From assembly GCF_030028105.1 (NCBI RefSeq), contig NC_092388.1, positions 46,878,581-46,942,580 on the forward strand: DNA of 64,000 bases. Reading direction: 5' to 3'. This stretch comes from Mobula birostris (taxonomy: Eukaryota). Both the position numbers and the translations under genes were made by a program. Positions 63,335 to 64,000 of this stretch are shown here, piece after piece. The notes beneath the pieces are model-generated. The model did no database searches. It had not been told where the DNA came from and saw only the letters and a list, made by a program, of their open reading frames with translations. Within the stretch, counting starts at the first letter, position 1. Each line of letters opens with the position of its first letter.

Positions 63335-63720
63335 TGCATCTGAAACACAAATGCTGGAAGAACTGTCCTGCCGAAGGGTCTCTGCCCGAAACGTCGACTG
63401 CACTTTTTTTCCCCCCGTAAATGCTGCCTGGCTTGCTGGGTTCCTCCAGCGTTTTGTGTGTGTTGCTTGGATTTCCAGCATCTGCAGATTTTCTCTTGCT
63501 GGAAGGACTCAAGTTAGGCAAGATCTACTGAAAGAGAAAACAGTTAACATTTCAGCTCCAAGACCGTCCATCAGGACTGACAGGGCTTTTCCAGCATTTC
63601 TCTTTTGTTTCAGCTACAGAACCCTTCATTAGCTGTTCCTTTCTCGACAGATGCTGCCTGACCAGCTAAGAAAGCATCTGTGGCATTTTCTGTTTTTATT
63701 TCTAATTTCCAGCATCCACA
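63335..63720. mobile_element. Old PLE fold-back with a younger PLE hammerhead unit (63365-63496) nested inside
   Basis: TSD tgctggaag(a/g)act at 63352-63364 and 63497-63509. The inner motif is gtcCTGCCGAagggtctctgcccGAAACGTCgact. Confidence 0.7.
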
Positions 63721-63839
63721 AGTTTTTAACCTTTATAGTTCATTAATCTTTTTTCTATTTTCACTTTTAATTTGAGCAAGTTGTACCACTACCAAGCTGT
63801 GTCGCCTTCTTTGGTTGTTTGTAAAAGTAATGGTAAACG

Positions 63840-64000
63840 AGAAGGTGCAGAGGAGGTTCCTGGGAATGATCCCAGGAATGAGAGGGTTAACATGTGAGGA
63901 GTATTTGATGGCTCTAAAACTATACTCATTGAAGTTTAGAAGAATGAAGAACTGGGGGTGTAGTGGGGGGTTTGGGAAATCTCATTGAAACTCATTGAAT
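63840..64000 (+). mobile_element. Degenerate CR1 fragment
   Basis: gtgcagaggaggttc...gatcccaggaatg...tttagaagaatga (VQRRF..MIPGM motif region). Confidence 0.65.

Noticed and set aside
63126-63632. ORFs upstream of ACOT13 as TDP2 exon 1
   Set aside because: They are mostly PLE-derived sequence, with no TDP2 UBA-like or EEP motifs recognisable.

Overview
Vertebrate genomic DNA, most likely a cartilaginous fish (batoid ray); this is inferred from the repeat families present. The window holds three complete intron-containing genes in the order known from human 6p22: geminin GMNN (minus strand, 6 coding exons plus a non-coding first exon, 232 aa), C6orf62 (plus strand, 5 coding exons, 230 aa) and ACOT13/THEM2 (minus strand, 3 exons, 141 aa). 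I assembled the exons by hand from GT-AG boundaries and compatible reading phases. The rest is a dense, nested transposon landscape: CR1, Rex1/Babar, RTE and HERO-type LINEs, a Mag-type Gypsy element with very short LTRs, two solo LTRs, a Tc1-like element, and many Penelope-like element (PLE) 3' fragments carrying minimal hammerhead-ribozyme motifs, often as fold-backs with target-site duplications (TSDs). The most notable observations are the PLE-hammerhead family (one catalytically intact copy, a 95-bp minimal unit, several fold-backs), a uORF-packed C6orf62 leader, an intronic long-range hairpin next to C6orf62 exon 3, and a duplicated splice-site-bounded segment around ACOT13. There are two assembly gaps. 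TE family names come from motif recognition, not database searches.
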